DNA of 64,000 bases, from contig NC_042997.1 of assembly GCF_006345805.1 (NCBI RefSeq), positions 133,734,001 to 133,798,000 of the forward strand, written 5' to 3'. Numbering within the stretch: position 1 is the stretch's first letter; the number at the start of each line of letters is the position of its first letter. Below the pieces are notes generated by a model. It was not told the origin of the DNA and did not search any database. It was given only the letters and a program-made list of their open reading frames with translations. A program made the position numbers and the translations under genes. Shown piece after piece: positions 1 to 13,359 of the stretch. Origin of the DNA: Octopus sinensis. Taxonomy: Eukaryota.

Positions 1-75
1 ATATTTTAATTTGTTTTCTGTTAATATGTCTATGTATTGAGTATTTTCGTGTGGGCCGCGCGCTTGTATATATTC

Positions 76-900
<825 letters not shown>

Positions 901-1381
901 GATAAAGAAAGAAGGAAATAAAAATATTAGTGAGATAGAGAACGGGAGAAAAGGCGGGTATATAACACGCACATAAATATCTATTTCTATATGTATGTGT
1001 GTGTGCGTAAAATTATGTCCGTATGTATACTCAAACACACCTGTGTGTGATGTGTGTATGTTGTAAAGAGTGTAGAGGAAAAAAATAGTGAGTGAATGAA
1101 ATAACGAACGGGGTGAGAGAGCAAATAGGAAGAACATGAATGTATGTGTTCGTGTGTGCGTGTTTGTGTATGTGTCTGTGTGTGTGTGTTTGTGGGAGGG
1201 AGGAGGAGGAGAACGAGGACGAGGAGAAGTGAGCGAGAGTAAAGAAAAACAAGAGAAGAAAGAGGACAGCAGAGAGTGTGAAGAAAGAAAGATATAGGAA
1301 AGGAGGGAGAAAAAGAGTAAAAGTAAAAGAGTGAGATGGTTATGAGAGAGGGGGAGATCGTGAAAGAGTATTAGTTCAGCA

Positions 1382-1454
1382 ATGGCTCTCGGTTTATCGG
1401 TGGAAATATTCGCTTCTGTAGTTGCTGGAATTATTTCACAAAGACGTTGGGATG
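1382..1454 (+). CDS. Candidate first coding exon / sORF ([24 protein letters not shown])
   Basis: Unique CpG-rich island after a GA-rich tract; gcaATGG start; possible donor G|GTAACG at 1455; no homology recognised. Confidence 0.15.
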
Positions 1455-1749
1455 GTAACGGACGACTTGGATTGTACTGTGTACCACGAAAACCTAGTAG
1501 CTAAATTAACTGGATTAATTCACCACGCCATATATACATACGTTATATATATACAATTCATTCACTATATTTATATACATATATATCACATATAGATATC
1601 TTGTATACATCACTTATTCGTAAGTACGAACATTTTCCTTTAATTTTTACAGTATTATAAAACTATTTTGTTCAAATTGTAACATTCATGTGTATATATA
1701 TATTTGTGTGTGTATGTGTGTAATAATATAAACACACTATATATAAAAC

Positions 1750-1985
1750 TATCTATCAATCACTTTATCTATCTAGCTATCCATCTAGCTATCCATCTAA
1801 TCTATTTATCTATCCATCTATTTCTCTTTCTGTTTATCTATCTATCTATCTATCTATCTTTCTATTTATCTATCTATCTTTTTATTTATCTATCTATCTT
1901 TCTATTTATCTATCTGTCTTTCTATTTATCTATCTGTCTTTCTATTTATCTATCTGTCTTTCTATTTATATATTTGTCTTTCTAT

Positions 1986-2024
<39 letters not shown>

Positions 2025-2060
2025 ACTATCAATCTATATATCTTTCTATCTATCTATCTT
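1750..2060. repeat. Degenerate (TCTA)n microsatellite
   Basis: Visible repeat. Confidence 0.95.
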
Positions 2061-2819
2061 TCTGCTTACGTGTGTATATATTACATTTATATACATGTGT
2101 CTTATGTGTGTGTGTATATATATATATATATACGCACACACATTTAGATAGATATGCCTGCGTATGTATGTACATATACATATATATATATATGATGCAC
2201 AACGTGTTTGTATAAAATATAGTACTCTATGTGTGCACACGTATGTATATATGTTTATATAACCATATAGATGTGTTTATAGTTCATAAAAAGATGCATG
2301 TGCTGATACGATACGCATGTGTAATGTCCTGTTTACGAAAGTAAAGCACGTTGTATGCATATAATTGTATGTTTATTTTTAGGCCTTGTATAAATCTCTA
2401 TGCGTGCATGTACACACACACACACACACACATGGACATCTCTTTTTCTCATTCGTTTGTGTTACTATCATATTCTATTTACAATTAGCTACTATCTTTC
2501 GTTCGTCGTAATAACTATCGTAAACGTGTTTAATGTTATATACTATCTTCGTAGAAGCGAGGCGTGTCGTTGAGTTCTTGAAATCAAGTTTCGATTCACG
2601 ATGTGGTTGTTGGCTTGCTAGCCAACTAGCTAGGTAGCTCACTTGTTAGTTTAGCTATTAACCTTCCTTCATCCCATTTGTTAATATGCAGCTGGGGAAA
2701 TGCATGAAAGTCACCATATCCTTCTTGAAAGTTTAAAGGGGTGAGATCTGGACGAAGCCCTTTATGAATATACTAGGAATTTTACTCCACTATTTTCTAT
2801 CTGTCGTTCGCTATTCATC

Positions 2820-2859
2820 TGTCTACCCATCTACCAATCTATCTATCCATCTACCGATT

Positions 2860-2948
<89 letters not shown>

Positions 2949-2952
2949 CTCC

Positions 2953-3024
<72 letters not shown>

Positions 3025-3028
3025 CTCC

Positions 3029-3064
<36 letters not shown>

Positions 3065-3275
3065 CTCCATCTATCTATCTAGCTATCTCTCCATCTATCT
3101 ATCTATCTCTCCATCTATCTATCTATCTCTCCATCTATCTGTCTATCTCTCCATCTATCTGGCTGTCTCTCCATCTATCTACATCCCATCTCTCTCTCTC
3201 CATTTTATGCTTTTATCTTCATTCTCTCTCTCTCTATCTATCCCTTCCTCGAAACCACGCACTGATATATATATA

Positions 3276-3331
<56 letters not shown>

Positions 3332-3390
3332 GCTCACACATGCCATTTCTATCTCCTTCACGCACATTTAAACACACACACACACACACA
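2820..3390. repeat. (TCTA)n/(TC)n/(TA)n/(CA)n microsatellites
   Basis: Visible repeat. Confidence 0.95.
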
Positions 3391-3402
3391 TGAACACGGA
3401 TG

Positions 3403-3418
3403 CTGCCACTTGGTGGTC
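3403..3418 (-). promoter_or_regulatory. Candidate CTCF site
   Basis: Minus strand GACCACCAAGTGGCAG, one mismatch to CCACCAGGTGGCAG core, in unique CpG-retaining DNA. Confidence 0.35.
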
Positions 3419-4694
3419 TGTATATCTTTGGAAGAGGACGCCAACTCATCGCAAACATTTTTCTCACGCAGTAAATTTTTAGCAGGAATTATGCCAGTGG
3501 TAGTCGTGGTAGTGGTGGCAGTAATAGCTTTATTGATGTTGGTGGTGGTGGTGGTGGTAGCGGTAGTAGTAGTGGTGTTGGTAATTGCTATTGATGATGA
3601 TGATGATAGTATTTATTGATGATGCTGGCAATGGTGGATCAATCTTTATTTACAAAGCCTGACTGTTTTTGTCTTTATTTTCTATTGTGATGGTGGTGGT
3701 GGTGGTCACGGATGTTTTTTTTATTACTCAAATGACACAAAACAACAAAAATAAAAACAAAACACTTGGTACTGCAAGAGGAGGGAAAATGTTCAGCTTG
3801 CTCACTTTTATTCTAACTTTGGTGTATTCGAGCCAACGTGACAAGCCGTTACTACGTACGTGTTCGTTTGATCTGCTAGAAATAGCTGTTAATTTTCCCC
3901 TCACATCACGCTTTTTGTAGTGTGGTGGTACTCTAGATAATATAGAGATTTCTATGCAGGAAAAAGAGAAGAATGTTTTTGATTATAAGTTTTGTTCAAT
4001 TGGGGCTGACTTATAACTAAATAACTTTGTGTTCAACAATACTTTATGTGCATGATTTGTGTGTATGTGTATTTTATGGTGTGTGTGAATTGTATGTTAT
4101 ATGATGTGTGTGCGTGTGTTCTGTAATCCTTGATGGTACGGAATTGGATAGGACAAATTATCCCGTTGGGGTTTGTCTTTCTCCTAATAATTGATGTGCC
4201 ACCACAGATGCAAAGATTTATTGAAATGAAATATAAAATTCTTTGACTGGTAATCGAACTCGTGCCGCAGACTTGCCCTCACCTCACCGAATCTTGCAGG
4301 CACGAAGGGGCTTGCTTACAAGACATGCTCTTTCTCCGGATCTCATACAAAACAAACTTGCACATGAATGTTGGGGATTGTGTGACAGTCATGCTGTTCG
4401 CAACTGAATTAGCAATATTAATAATCGATCTGAATTCAGCTTCCCATGCGAAGGAAGGGCTTCTCCCATTCAACAATGTTTGTCGGGTGGTTTGTCTTTA
4501 CGCAGTTGCTCCGACTTGCTAAGGAAGGCAAGTTGCTCATTTCCTTCAAAGCAATCCACAGCTTTCCTTTCCTTTCCTTTTTTTTTTTATTTATAGGAAT
4601 GTCCTAATGGATAATGTAGTCCCAGTTTTCTAAATGACTGGGAAGTATTGATTGAAATGCTTTGATCAATAAGGCTTTGCTTAGTAAAGGGATA

Positions 4695-5094
4695 GAATCT
4701 TTTCGGTTTGAACGGCAGTTTTTTCTAGCGGTGTCATATGAAATTGTCACCCATAATTATGACCCTAGTATCGATCTATTGCATTTCAATCTATTTTAGA
4801 GTTAAGGGTGGGGGGAAGGGTATTTTTTTTCTTCACAAATGTAAATAAACCCAATCTGTTTCTTAAACGAGGGACATATTCATACGGCACAGAATGTTGT
4901 TTATCTCAATAGACGTCAGTGATTGGTTGAAATTGAAGAAATAAACAACAAATATCTTACAAACAATAGAATTTTCTCAATAAAGCCAAGAGAAAAAGAT
5001 ATTTTATAAAAACATTCTACCAGTATACGAAGTTTAAAATTTTTTAGTTACCTAGAAATTATGTTAAAAACTGCCGTTCAAACCGAAAAGATCC
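4695..5094. mobile_element. Non-autonomous TIR DNA transposon with 8-bp TSD
   Basis: ~29-bp TIRs G(A/G)ATCTTTTCGGTTTGAACGGCAGTTTTT; perfect TSD AAGGGATA at 4687-4694 and 5095-5102. Confidence 0.93.
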
Positions 5095-5810
5095 AAGGGA
5101 TATGTGAAGGGTCCCTGACAGTCACAACAACAACAACACACACACACAGTGCAGAATAAGATGTGTTGCAGCTTGGTTTCTTAGTTCGTTTCTACGTTTA
5201 TTAGTGATTCCATTTCAGTTGTGTGCTGCTAAAGCATTTTTGAGTCAAAAGCGCAATATTATCACACACCCCTTCCGTTCACCTCTCTCTCTCTGTCTCC
5301 TACTGTGGATCAATGAAAATAGCGGGACCATCGGATGATGTATATTGGGATATCCGAAGTGAGAGCACCACCGCCTTCCAAGAAGAGGCGTTGGGTTCGC
5401 TTGGCGGGGTTGTGTTTACAACGAGTGAAAGCATTCCTAAGGGGGCGTTGTGTTGATTTGTTACCTCCCTCTCTTTGAAATTTCCTGTGTCATTATCTTC
5501 TGTAGATTCGTTGTATGTGTGTCCGCGTGTGTGTGTGTGTGACCTCCCCATCACTTTTCTGGGTGATGCTAAGGGGTTGGGGATAGGAAGCATTTGGGAT
5601 CATGTGTATAGCGATAAAGGAAGGGAAAGGAGGAATTTTTTTTTTTTTCTGGTCTGAGCAATTGACTTTATTGTATTTACTATATTTGTTTATTGTATTA
5701 TTTAGAGAAGACAGTGCGAACATTTCGTATAGGTGGCGTTGGCGTTGATGTTGGACATGTGCAGGAAAAAATGTGGGCACGGAGGGAATTCCATAGAGAA
5801 GAAATGATTA

Positions 5811-6150
5811 GGGATAAATAATTGATCTTTACTTAAGACATAGTTGATATAAATGATTTATCTTTAGATAAGACACTGTAAGGATAAATAATCCCCAATA
5901 TTTTAGACAGTGGGTATAAATGATTTAATCTCTATACAAGATACACTTAGCATAAATGATTTATCTCTCAGAATAAGACAGAATAGGTATGAATAATGTA
6001 TTTTCATACAAGTCAGAAGGGATATAAATATCTCCATATAAGTCATATAAATAGTTTATCCCTATATAGATACAATGGGTATAAATAATATATTTTTATA
6101 CAAGCATCACACTGAGTATGATTTATTCCTATATAAGACACAGTGTGTAA
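5811..6150. repeat. Degenerate ~35-bp minisatellite, ~10 units
   Basis: Recurring GGTATAAATGATTTATCTCTATATAAGACACAGT-like unit. Confidence 0.8.
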
Positions 6151-6681
6151 AAATTATTGGTTTTAGTGTAAAAAATGGAGTATGGGGCGTTGTGATGTTA
6201 GGTGGTACACTTTTTGAATATAAAGTCCTCGGTTCGATCCTGCTGCATAGCAACTTGAGCTAGTGTTTTACTGTTTCTTTAAAGTTGGCCAATAATTTTC
6301 AGAGTGGAATTTGATAGACATAAACTGTGATCTATATATATTTATATGTGCGTGTGATTGGGTGTCTTTCAGAAGATCAAGCCTTTTACAATCTTTGTTC
6401 TTTACCAAGTTACATATACTCACTCTCTAGTTACTCATGCTGCCATAAATGCGGTGAATCAGATTTCCAACCTCTAAACCACTAACTATACTGTTGTTCA
6501 TCAATTGTTATGTAAAATATGATAGTTGACTAGTAGTTCTTAAGCTTTGTCATTTTTAGTTCCTGTTTTATTGGCTGTGGCCAAGACTTTTAATCATATT
6601 CTATCTGAGAATCACTTTGTTCCGTCACACTGGAGGTAGTGTATATGAATTGACTTGCAAGGCTTGCAACGCAGGGTTCAG

Positions 6682-6885
6682 GCTAAACACAGAGGGGACA
6701 AACAAGGACAGACAAAGGGTTTCAGTCTATTACATCGACCCTAGTGCTTAACTGGTACTTAATTTATCGGCCCCGAAAGGATGAAAGGCAAAGTCGACCT
6801 CGGCGGAATTTGAACTCAGAACGTAAGGTAGACGAAATACAGCTAAGCATTTCGCCCGGAGTGCTAACGTTTCTGCCAGCTCGCC
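6682..6885 (-). mobile_element. tRNA-derived SINE family B, monomer
   Basis: A-box/B-box (GAGTTCAAATTC) head and GCCTTTCATCCTTTCGGGG central domain; TSD GCAGGGTTCAG. Confidence 0.92.
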
Positions 6886-6952
6886 GCAGGGTTCAGTTCT
6901 TAGCTTATCTGTGAGATTCTGGTGTCTTATCCTTTTTATTGTTTTCTTCCAG

Positions 6953-6968
6953 GTTTTACTTAAAAGAT
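6953..6968 (+). other. Candidate 16-nt microexon
   Basis: TTTTTATTGTTTTCTTCCAG acceptor and GAT|GTAAGG donor. Confidence 0.2.
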
Positions 6969-7127
6969 GTAAGGCTGTGCCCGTAATCCTTTTCAAAAGC
7001 CTTGGTGGTTAATGTGAGGATAAATGGAAGTTATCTTCAGGCTCGAAGAAGCTCTCAGTTTGTGTGCTGGTGTTGGTTTCTCATCCTCTGCTTAATACTA
7101 AGGACATTTTAGCTATAGGAAAGCTTC

Positions 7128-7531
7128 TTATTTACTACCCACAAGGAGCTAAACATAGAAGGGACAAACAAGGACAGATAAACGGATTAAGTCGATTACA
7201 TCGACCCCAGTGCGTAACTGGTACTTATTTAATCGACCCCAAAAGGATGAAAGGCAAAGTCGACCTTGGCGGAATTTGAACTCAGAACGTAACGGCAGAC
7301 GAAATACCTATTTCTTTACTACCCACAAGGGGCTAAACACAGAGAGGATAAACAAGGACAGACAAGCGGATTAAGTCGATTACATCGACCCCAGTGCGTA
7401 ACTGGTACTTATTTAATTGACCCCAAAAGGATGAAAGCCAAAGTCGACCTCGGCGGAATTTGAACTCAGAACGTAACGGCAGACGAAATACCGCTAAGCA
7501 TTTCGCCCGGCGTGCTAACGTTTCTGCCAAC
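7128..7531 (-). mobile_element. SINE family B, dimer
   Basis: Head-containing unit plus second body unit; junction at 7307/7308. Confidence 0.92.
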
Positions 7532-7886
7532 TCTTCTTCTATGTAGTCACTCTACTTGCTAGAGATGATAGTAAAACTCTCCCTCAAATCATACCTCCCC
7601 CAGTAAAAAAAAAAAAAAATGGTACATTTTATTAGCTGTCCTAGTTACTCCTGAAATGATGGAATGGTCATGGTTGGAATGCTTTTGATATAATCCTGCA
7701 CAATCAGTGTTAACTTACCGAACAATGAGAGAATAGGGACTGAGCAGAAAGTGCTAATATAATGTGGCAAATATGATTGTGAATCAAGACTACTTGTATT
7801 AAGGAAACTTAAACAGTGTCGGACAAAATTTTGCGAAATCAAGAACAAGGGAGACAACTGGAAATACATTAAAAGCATCTTTTCTT

Positions 7887-8057
7887 TTAACCCTTTTGTT
7901 ACCGTATTTCTGCCTTTATTTCAATTACTTATAAATGTTGTGAAGAATTTAGTAATATAACTTTATAATTTTTATACTGATGTTTGGAACAACAATTAAC
8001 ATGAAATTTAATTTAAGAACAGAAAGTTTGTTAGCAGTTTGTTATAAAAAGGGTTAA
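7887..8057. mobile_element. piggyBac-like MITE (short)
   Basis: TTAACCCTTTTGTTAC ... AAAAGGGTTAA termini, TTAA TSD. Confidence 0.8.
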
Positions 8058-8323
8058 AGTTACCAGATACCCTACTTCCTGGATCGCAAATACTGTTTCC
8101 CCATTCTGTCCCTTCTATGACTTCTACACTAACCTTTCTCTCTCTCTCTCTATGGTCTTCAAAGAAGGACAGTCTTCTGTCAGTTCCACTCAAGCCTTAC
8201 TTGATGCACCTTCTTCCCAAGCCAACCTTCACCGACCACTTTAAGCAGTTCCTTCTCATGCCACATTATTACTCACCTGGAATTCACTAACCACCTATAT
8301 TTTTCCTGCGGTTGTCAACTTTG

Positions 8324-8546
8324 AAGGCGGCGAGCTGGCAGAAACGTTAACAGTCGGGGCAAAATGCTTAGCGGTATTTCGTCTGCTGCTACGTTCTGAG
8401 TTCAAATTCCGCCAAGGTCGACTTTGCCTTTCATCCTTTCGAGGTCGATTAAATAAGTACCAGTTACGCACGGGGGTCAATATAATCGACTTAATCCGTT
8501 TGTTTGTCCTCTCTGTGTGTAGCCCCTTGTGGGTAGTAAAGAAATA
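8324..8546 (+). mobile_element. SINE family B, monomer
   Basis: Full head; TSD GGTTGTCAA(C/G)TTTG. Confidence 0.92.
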
Positions 8547-8717
8547 GGTTGTCAAGTTTGCATCACTTTGAGAGGAACATCAGCTACTATATCTTTTGGC
8601 ATAGAAGTCCTATTTTTCAAACCAAAATTTATGGCCAAGAAGGAAAGTTTGATTGACTTTTACACAAAGATAACCATGGCAAACTGAAAATTCTGTGTGA
8701 AATACAGCAAAATTTGG

Positions 8718-8748
<31 letters not shown>

Positions 8749-8993
8749 AAGAAAAGGAAAAACAAAACAAAAGATGATGTCTGAATGTTTACACTTCGGG
8801 CATATAACTAGAATTTTGGTCATCTGCTAATTCTCTTTGCATTTTGTATTTATATTGGCTTCAGGTTTTGGCATAAGGCTAGTGATTTCAGAGGAGGGAG
8901 CAAGTCAATTATGTCATCCTTGGCAGAATTTGAACTCAGAATGTAAAACTTTGTGTTCATATTGTTGTGTGATTGCAACTGATGAATACACAC

Positions 8994-9559
8994 TTAACCC
9001 TTTCATCACTGTATTTATTTTGAGATGCACTGTGTTTCTCTCAGTTGCTTTAGATATAACAAAGAATTTAATAAAATAGCTTAGTTATCATTAAGCTAGT
9101 GTTTTTTCCAAAATTTATTTATGTGCGCTTTTCAAGCCTAGTCAGGCTCATGGGCCCGGTTTCCCGGTTTCTGTGGTGTATGTGTTCCCCACAGCTGGAC
9201 GGGATACCAGTCCATCGCAGCATTACTCAAGAAACAGAAAGAAAGAGTGAGAGAAAGTTGGGGGCGAAAGAGTACAACAGGGGTCGCCACCACCCCCTGC
9301 CGGAGCCTCGTGGAGCTTTAAGTGTTTTCGCTCAATAAACTCACAAAACGCCCGATCTGGGGCTCGAAACCGCGATCCTCCGACCGCAAGTCCGCTGCCC
9401 TAACCACTGGGCCATTACGCCTCCACATTAAGCTAGTGTTAGGAACATTAATTTTGACTAAGGTTTGGTGGAAGATTTTAATTCAGAACTTATGAAAACA
9501 AGACATTTGTACTACAGAGCCAGAGCTGGTTTCAGCCAGGTTGATAACGAAGGTGTTAA
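8994..9559. mobile_element. piggyBac-like MITE interrupted by SINE-C
   Basis: TTAA-CCCTTTC termini; same body as 28351-28575. Confidence 0.88.
9104..9425 (-). mobile_element. tRNA-derived SINE family C
   Basis: Head TGGAGGCGTAATGGCCCAGTGGTTAGGGC..GTTTCGA; 15-bp TSD CATTAAGCTAGTGTT. Confidence 0.92.
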
Positions 9560-9792
9560 TGATTTTTTTTTTCTTTACAAAAAAATTTACCTTAACTTGT
9601 ATAACTACATTGATCTGCATCGCAGAAAATATGGTATGTAAATACGATTACCATATTTGGCTCCCAGAGGGTCTCTCAGACTGCTGGAAATAACAAATGT
9701 AACCTTTGCTCCTGTCTTAACTATTTAAAAACAAAAACAACAAAAAAAAGAATATCATATTCCATGAACTCGTGATTCAGATTAGTGGTTAT

Positions 9793-10168
9793 CTTTAACT
9801 TGGTTCAGTCATTAGACTGTGGCTATGCCGGGGTATTGCCTTGAAGAATTTTTAGTTAAATGAATTGACCCTAGTATTTATTTTGCTATGAGCCTAGTAC
9901 TTATTTTATCAACCTCTAAGCTACACGGATGTAAACACTAACACAGGTTGTCAATCTGTGGTGAGGAACAAACGCAGACTCGCACACAAGTACACACACA
10001 CACGTACACACAACAGGTTTCTGTCAGTTTCTGTCTACCAAATCCACTCACATGGCTTTAGTTAGCCTGGGGCTATAGAAGAATACACTTACCCAAGATG
10101 CCATACAGTGAGACTGAACCCAGGACCATGTGGTTGGAAAGCAGACTTCTTACCACACAGCCATGCCT
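9793..10168 (-). mobile_element. SINE family A (tRNA head, CORE-like domain), diverged
   Basis: Similar to 38319-38690. Confidence 0.85.
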
Positions 10169-10390
10169 GATTTTTTTTAATGTTTATTTTCACACGTTTT
10201 CCCATGCTGGCATAGTTGAGATAAATATATTATTAATATAAATATATATAAATATATTATTAAAGCCTTATTTTACAGCTGGATGCTTTTCCTGTTGCTA
10301 ACCCATACCTGTTTCAAGTTAGGGATTTCTTATTCCCAAAGGTGGGAAATAACAAAAATGTCACAACTTGTAAACACATAAATATGTACA

Positions 10391-10697
10391 TCACGTGATC
10401 ACGTGACCGACCAGTCCATCAGATGTAGTTACACATCGCTGGTCACAATGCGTTCGCATTGTTTTAGCCTTCGAATGACGCCACCCCGCTGGCTAAGCGA
10501 GCAGGCCAACAGACGAAAGAGTGAGAGAGAGAGTGGTGAAAGAGTACAGCAGGGATCACCACCCCCTGCCGGAGCGTCGTGGAGCTTTTTTAGGTGTTTT
10601 TGCTCAATAAACACACACAACGCCCCATTTGGTAATCGAAACCGCGATCCTACGACCGCAAGTCCGCTGCCCTAACCACTGGGCCATTGCGCCTCCA
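10391..10697 (-). mobile_element. SINE family C
   Basis: Same head as 9104-9425, different tail. Confidence 0.88.
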
Positions 10698-11357
10698 AAT
10701 ATGTACATACACACATGTAGATATGATGGACTTCTTTCCATTTCTGTCATCCAGCTTCACTCATAAGGATTTGGTTGGCTCTAGGGCTACAGTAGAAAAT
10801 ACTTGCCAAAAGTGCTGCTGTGTAAGATTGAACTTGGAACCGTGTGGTTGGGAATCAGTTGTTTTAACTGCACAGCCATGCCATTTACAAAAAACGATGT
10901 CTTTCTTTCTTTTCTTTTTTGTTTGTTTTTGTCAGCATCTATTTTCTTGTGTTAGTTTAAAAACCTGATAAGACTCCGGAACATGGAATTGTATTGCACA
11001 GGAAATTATTGTAGTTAATAAATAACATTTCAGTAATGTAATAAACTTGATAGCAGGGGAGTTGGGTTTGAGGAGAGAGAGAGAATATTTATAAATAACT
11101 TCATTTTTTTCCCCGCTTTTGTATATTTTCTGTTAAATTATGAATAGGTCAGTTGTTATTATTGTGTCCAAGTCTATGACCATAGGCATTCCAGCTATTA
11201 CCATTTAATCTTTTTGTACATCTAGGACTACTTTGTTTTTAAGATAACAAGTCGTGATGTTAAAGATGTTTGGCTGCTATTTCTAGCGGCCACATAGATT
11301 TTCCTTGTTGTCTGATGCATAAGTATGTGGAAGGGCTGAATAGAAACAGTATAAGAC

Positions 11358-11706
11358 CAGTGGCTCTCAACCAGTGTCCATATGGCATCTGAGGGTTCAT
11401 ATAAGATTTTTGGGGGTCCACACAGCAAAATAGTAAATTGAGGATCCCCAATAGTATTTTAAGGGCCCTCGAAAAATTTTTGCTTTAGATGTATGTATTG
11501 GTATGTATTGCAAGAAACAACAGCTAAGTTTCTTTAACATTTAACATGGTTCAACCTATACAAATTAATGTATGAAATACAGAATAAGAATTTTGAAAGA
11601 AGATTCTATAAAACTAATTTTTAAACATCGAATGGCTATGGGGTTTCACCAGAATAAAATAGTAATCGAAGGGGTCTATGTATAAAAAAATGGTTGTGAA
11701 CCCCTG
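11358..11706. mobile_element. hAT-like MITE
   Basis: CAGTGGCTCTCAACC / GGTTGTGAACCCCTG termini; 8-bp TSD TATAAGAC/TATTAGAC. Confidence 0.85.
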
Positions 11707-11844
11707 TATTAGACTATCTTCAGCTTCTGTAAAGGTTGTGAGTTAAGATGTACTACACTCATTTCATTTTATTTCTTAACATAATCTCAGTTCATTCATT
11801 TAGTGACTTACAAAACCATTTTCTCATGTTCAGAATTGTCAATT

Positions 11845-12055
11845 GTATTTATTTTGAGATGCTCTGCGTTTCTTTCAATTACTTTAAATATAAGAAAGAA
11901 TTTAGTAAACTAACTTAGTTATCATTCAGCTAGTGTTAGGAACATAAATTGTGACGAAGATTTGGTGGAAGATTTTAATTCAGAACTTTTGAAAACAAGA
12001 CATTTGTACTCAGAGCCAGAGCCGGTTTCAGCTGGGTTGGTAACGATGGGGTTAA
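11845..12055. mobile_element. piggyBac-like MITE, left end missing
   Basis: Body shared with 28351-28575; ends GGGTTAA. Confidence 0.8.
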
Positions 12056-12215
12056 CTATCCATGTTGGTTGTTAGCTGTCAAGACATAGCATCCTTCAAA
12101 ATTTCCATACTTCCTGAAATTCACCAACTTTACTCCTTATGCACCTATGTACCTTCTTCCTCTTTGTGGCTATTTTAATGATCACTTTTCTCTCTTTTTC
12201 GTGTTTTATACTGTA

Positions 12216-12744
12216 CTAGCAGAAATACCCGTCATTGACTGGGTTCAGAAAGAGTCTTCAAAAATTATACCCTGATTTATGAAAGTTACTGTTTCGATAT
12301 TACTGAATGTTTTGTAGCGGATTATCTGCAAGCTCTTATTGCTAGGTTTTGGCCCCAAAAGTTATAATATTTTACTAATGGGTCTACTGATGGTCAGTCT
12401 CTTCAGCTCTTTCTCTTTTCCTATGCTGCGATTGCTTAGGTAGTTCAAATGTAATTTTTTTTCGGAGGCATTGTTGTAGGGTGAATTAATCTATAAATCA
12501 GGGGACTCAACTCATGTTAGCAAACTTACGGATTTCACCGATGTGAAAATAGGTAAAAGATATGGTTGAAAAGCTATTTTTACCATTATCCGGAGGTACC
12601 ATGGGAAAAATAAGTTGGCAAACGCAAAGCCATGGTCGTGATTAATCTCCTCCTAAAATTGGAGCGACATGCATGCAAATTTGTGGACGTGCATAAAGTA
12701 CATTCATGTACACACACACACATCCTGCCTTTTATAGATATAGA
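12216..12744 (-). mobile_element. Non-autonomous Helitron
   Basis: Minus strand starts TCTATATCTATAAAAGG, ends hairpin ACCCAGTCAATGACGGGT + CTAG; between A and T, no TSD. Confidence 0.88.
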
Positions 12745-12845
12745 TACTATACATGTACTTTTCGTCATCATTATTGTCTTTTTTAAAAGTTTATTCCTGC
12801 TTTCTGTCTCCTCTTTTCCCCTTTTTCAATGAGATGTAGTGTACC

Positions 12846-13359
12846 TAAGCACTTAACATGCCAAGCAAAATGCTTAGTGGCATTTCATCCATCTTTACAT
12901 TATGAGTTCAAATTTTGCCGAGGTTGACTTTGCCTTTCATCCTTTCAGGGTTGATAAATTAAGTACCAGTGAAACACTGGGGTCAATGTAATCGACTAGT
13001 CTCCTTCCCCCAAATTTCAGGGTTCAGTCCCACTGTGTGGCACCTTGGGCAAGTGTCTTTTACTATAGCCTTGGGTTTGTGAGTGGATTTGGTAGATGGA
13101 AACTGAAAGAAGCCTGTCGAATATATGTATATATATATATATGTACGTGTGTTTATGTTTGTGTGTCTGTTTTTGTCCCCCAACATCACTTGACAACCGA
13201 TGCTGGTGTGTTTATGTCCCCGTAACTTAGCGGTTCGGCAAAAGAGACCGACAGAATAAGTACTAGGCTTACAAAGAATAAGTCCTGGGGTCGATTTACT
13301 TGACTAAAGGTAGTGCTCCAGCATGGCCACAGTCAAGTGACTGAAACAAGTAAAAGAGT
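12846..13359 (+). mobile_element. Fused SINE-B (12846-13020) and 5'-truncated SINE-A (13021-13359)
   Basis: Family B tail CCCCAAATTTCAG runs directly into family A GGTTCAGTCCC. Confidence 0.85.

Noticed and set aside
5811-6150. CRISPR-like array (~35-bp period)
   Set aside because: No unique spacers, degenerate units, no cas genes, eukaryotic context
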